Shown here: one piece after another, positions 60,667 to 64,000 of the stretch
How the letters are laid out: each line of letters begins with the position of its first letter
Numbering within the stretch: position 1 is the stretch's first letter
Source of the DNA: Acidobacteriota bacterium
GTDB lineage: Bacteria; Acidobacteriota; UBA890; WLXD01
Direction: 5' to 3'
Assembly: GCA_963666055.2 (NCBI GenBank)
Contig: CAXWPH010000015.1
Location: forward strand, 768,001 to 832,000
DNA: 64,000 nt
Notes under the pieces: generated by a model
Told to the model about the DNA's origin: nothing
Database searches by the model: none
Seen by the model: only the letters and a program-made list of their open reading frames with translations
Program-made: the position numbers and the translations under genes

Positions 60667-62051
60667 GCTGAAGAAGACTGACGTGGTCGTCGTCGGCCTG
60701 GGCGCCGCCGGCGGCGTCGCGGCCCTGCCGCTCGTTGAAGCCGGCCTCGAGGTGATCGGTCTGGAGGCGGGAGAATGGCATTCGCCTTCCGAGTTCGCTC
60801 CCGATGAGCTGCAGAACAATGTGCGCGGCTGGCCGCGGGCGGTGCAGAAGGCGAACCGGGAGATTCCCGTGCACCGGCCCGACGCGGCGTCGCCCGACTC
60901 ACCCCGGGCGGCCGTCCACCCGATGATGAACGCGGTCGGCGGCACCACGCTGCACTACTGGGCGCAGAGCTGGCGCCTCAACCCGTGGGACTTCCAGGTC
61001 GTCAGCGAGACGACGCGCAGGTACGGCGCCGGGAGAGTTCCCGCGGGCTCCACCGTGCAGGATTGGCCTCTCGGCCTCGAGGAGCTCGAGCCGTACTACG
61101 ACAGGGTGGAACAGGCGATCGGTGTGTCGGGTCAGGCGGGGAACATCGGCGGCGAGATCGACCCGCGCGGCAACATTTTCGAGGGGCCGCGCCGTCGCCA
61201 CTACCCCATGCCGGCGCTGCGGGGCACCGGGTTCACCGAGCTCATGACCGGGGCGGCGCGAGGGCTCGGGTGGCATCCGTTCCCGGGGCCGGCGGCGATC
61301 AACTCGAGGCCCTACGGCGACCGATCGGCCTGCGTCTACCACGGCTTCTGCAGTCGCGGCGGCTGCCACGTTAGCGCCAAGAGCTCGACCGCGGTCACGA
61401 CGATCCCGAAGGCCCAGGAGACGGGCCGCCTGGAGGTGGTCACACGAGCCCACGTCACGAGCATCGACGTGGACGGTCACGGGCGCGTCAGCGGTGTTCG
61501 TTACCTGAAGGACGACGAGACGTATTTCCAACCGGCCTCCGTAGTGCTCCTTGCCAGCTACACGTATGAAAACGTCCGGCTTCTGCTGCTTTCGAGGTCA
61601 GCGGCGTATCCGGACTGGCGCGTACATCCAGACGACGACGCTGCCGTACCAGGACAACTACCTCGACCTACACCCCAGCGTGACCGACCCGCTCGGCTAC
61701 CCGGTGTGCCGCATCACGGCCGACTACAAGGGCAACGAGAAGCGGCTTGCCGCCTTCGTGCAGCAGAAGATGGTCGAGTGGTTCAGCGAGGCCGGCGCGG
61801 TGGAGACGGAGAAGAACGACATCGGCACGATGGGTCCGACGACGCACGCCTACGGCGGCACGCGCATGGGCAACGATCCCGGCACCAACGTTGTCGACCG
61901 CTGGGGGTTCTCTCACGAGGCGCCGAACCTCGGCGTCCTCGGGGCCTCGGTGATGGGCACCAGCGGCGCCCACAACCCTACGCTCACCGCGCAGGCGCTC
62001 GCCTGGCGAACCGCCGATCATCTGGTGACGAACTGGGCGACGATCGCCTGA
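60656..62051 (+). pseudogene. GMC oxidoreductase (gluconate 2-DH flavoprotein) with internal deletion/frameshift near 61615
   Basis: VGLGAAG, VGGTTLHY, ENVRLLLLS; C-terminal THAYGGTRMG, NPTLT in another frame. Confidence 0.78.
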
Positions 62052-62267
62052 CTTAGGAAGACCTCCGATTCGCGGGGTAGGGGGCTCCTGGTGAAGCAAC
62101 ACGGATATGATCCCGAGGAGGGCACATGTTGCCCTTTCGAGGAAACTTGGGCAAATTGCTGCGAGACAGAACTGAGGACGTGGACACGATGAAGAACTCC
62201 GATAGCTGCGGATCGCCCTCAGCTGAATACGAACCTCCTACCGAGCGACGTCGATGATGAGGAAACC

Positions 62268-64000
62268 ATGATCCAGAGCTCTCGCATCTCGGCCAGGGTT
62301 AGGCGCGTTGCCTCGGTGCTAGTTTTCTTGCTGGCTACCACCGTAGTTCGAGCCGACACTGGGATTCGGGTCGAGCTGGTGTCGTCCGAGGGAGGATCGA
62401 CCACGGCCCTGGTCGATCCCCGCGACGGAACCGGCCGTCTCTTCATCGTGAAGCGACTGGGGCAGATCTTGATTCTCGAGGACGGCAACGTCCTGCCTAC
62501 CCCGTTTCTCGATCTCTCGAACAATGTGTCGTGCTGTGAACTGGAGCGCGGGATGACGAGTCTCGCTTTCCATCCTGACTATGAGACCAACGGCCGCTTC
62601 TTCGTCGGCTACGTCAACAACAACCTCGAAACGGTGGTCTCGCGGTTCACGGTCTCAGCCGATCCGAGCCGAGCCGACGCTGCCTCAGAGCGCGAGCTAC
62701 TGAGCTGGGCAAAGATCGGCAGGATTCATCACGGTGGCATTCTGGCCTTCGCCCCCAACGGCTATCTCTATGTCGCCAACGGTGATGGCGACAATCGGCC
62801 CGAGGCGCAGGATCTAGGAACGTTCCCGGGCACGATCCTGCGGCTCGACGTTGACCGCGGCTCGACCTACAGGATTCCGCCGGACAACCCGTTCCGCAAC
62901 ACGCCCGGGGTGCTACCCGAGATCTGGGCCTGGGGCCTGCGCAACCCCTGGCGGATCAGCTTCGATCGCGAGACCGGGGATCTCTTTATCGGCGACGTCG
63001 GCGGAACGCTCTACGAGGAGGTCAACTTCGCTTCGGCCTCGAGTGAAGGTGGGCTCAACTACGGTTGGCCGATCAAGGAGGCCGAGGAATGTCTCAAGAG
63101 TGAAAAGAAGTGCGCTGATCCGACGCTCGTCGATCCGATCATCCAGTACCCGCATGATCCAGATGACGATCAGTGCAATTCAGTCATCGGCGGCTACTTC
63201 TATCGCGGCCCAGAGGCTCCGACGCTTTACGGCACCTATATCTACGGGGATTTCTGCACCGGACAGATCTGGGGAGCACGACGTAACTCCGCTGGCGAGT
63301 GGATCACCAATAAGCTTCTCGACACCGATCTCAACATCACCACCTTCGCCGAGAGCGAGAGCGGCGTCCTCTACGTAGGCGATTTTCCGGGCGCCGTCTA
63401 CCGTGTAGTCGGTCAGGAGCTCTTCGCATCCGGCTTCGAGTCCGGCGATACTCGGGATTGGTCGGAGAGCCAGGGAGATCTGGAGGTCGTACGACCGGGG
63501 CTCGGGCGCTCTGCCAGGGCGCTCGAAGTGCCGGTCGACGGCTCGGCCACCAAGCGTTTCCGTGCGCTCCAATGAGCCGGGCGGCGAGTCGACCTTCCGG
63601 CTGGGCTTCGACCTCAACATCAACGAGGTCTCACTCGGCAGTCGGCCGCTCGAGATCCTGCGCGTCGCGGGCAGCAAAGACACCAACCACCTCCGGCTGA
63701 CTCTTGAGAAAGACGCGGGTCACTACTGGCTCAGCCTGAGAGTCCGCCGCGCGGATAGTAGCTTTCGACACGTTGGGCGCACCCGCGTGCCGCCGAAGAG
63801 GACGGTGCGGATCGAGATCGACTGGCTCAGAGCCTCCGCTAAGGACTCGGCAGACGGCGAAGCGCGGGTGTTCAAGAACGGAGAGCTCAGAATCGCCGCT
63901 ACGGATCTCCGCAATGGCGGCCGCAACGTGCGCTCCGTGACCCTTGGACTTCCCGCGGGCTCCAACGGCGCTGACTCCGGGAGCTTTTTGATCGACAGCT
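62268..64000 (+). CDS. PQQ-dependent sugar dehydrogenase (GSDH) with extra C-terminal domain; frameshift near 63560, runs off window
   Basis: HHGG..F.PNGYLY, WGLRNPWR, GDVG, NYGWP; LFASGFESGD..WS. Confidence 0.82.

Noticed and set aside
62128-62156. GAAA-capped hairpin as a possible riboswitch
   Set aside because: Rest of any known aptamer consensus not recognisable; needs an Rfam scan

Overview
High-GC bacterial DNA. Kinase/TolB-propeller paralogues, several PQQ-fold proteins and an F-x-x-GFESGD motif suggest Acidobacteriota (inference only). Many frameshifts fall in homopolymers and look like long-read errors; other lesions (deletions, an 8-bp duplication, a 70-bp insertion, a nonsense codon) look real. 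Layout: (1) 1-3.5 kb, housekeeping genes (trkH end, ddl, SCP2, EutB-like dehydratase). (2) 3.9-19.6 kb, a truncated IS3 followed by a decaying integron cassette array with no integrase in the window (CALIN). It has 6 intact attC sites, 1 full-length site with mutated cores and several half sites; all its toxin-antitoxin cassettes are relics. (3) 19.8-28.6 kb, a former tandem of Ser/Thr kinase-propeller genes, one apparently replaced by a cargo block with a tyrosine-recombinase relic. (4) 30-35.8 kb, minor-pilin/pseudopilin genes and an HD-GYP sensor; two pilin genes share an AT-rich upstream motif with an orphan gene at 2 kb. (5) 36-64 kb, metabolic and redox genes. Most interesting: two selenoproteins split by the ORF track, each with an in-frame UGA followed by a SECIS-like hairpin. 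One is a UGSC-family protein with a GrdB-like UxxCxxC site, in an operon with a thioredoxin-fused partner (candidate uncharacterised selenium-dependent reductase). The other is a lipoprotein peroxiredoxin-like UPYC protein. Also notable: a PhoD phosphatase carrying an animal-type fibronectin type II domain, and a CTAG-flanked MITE.
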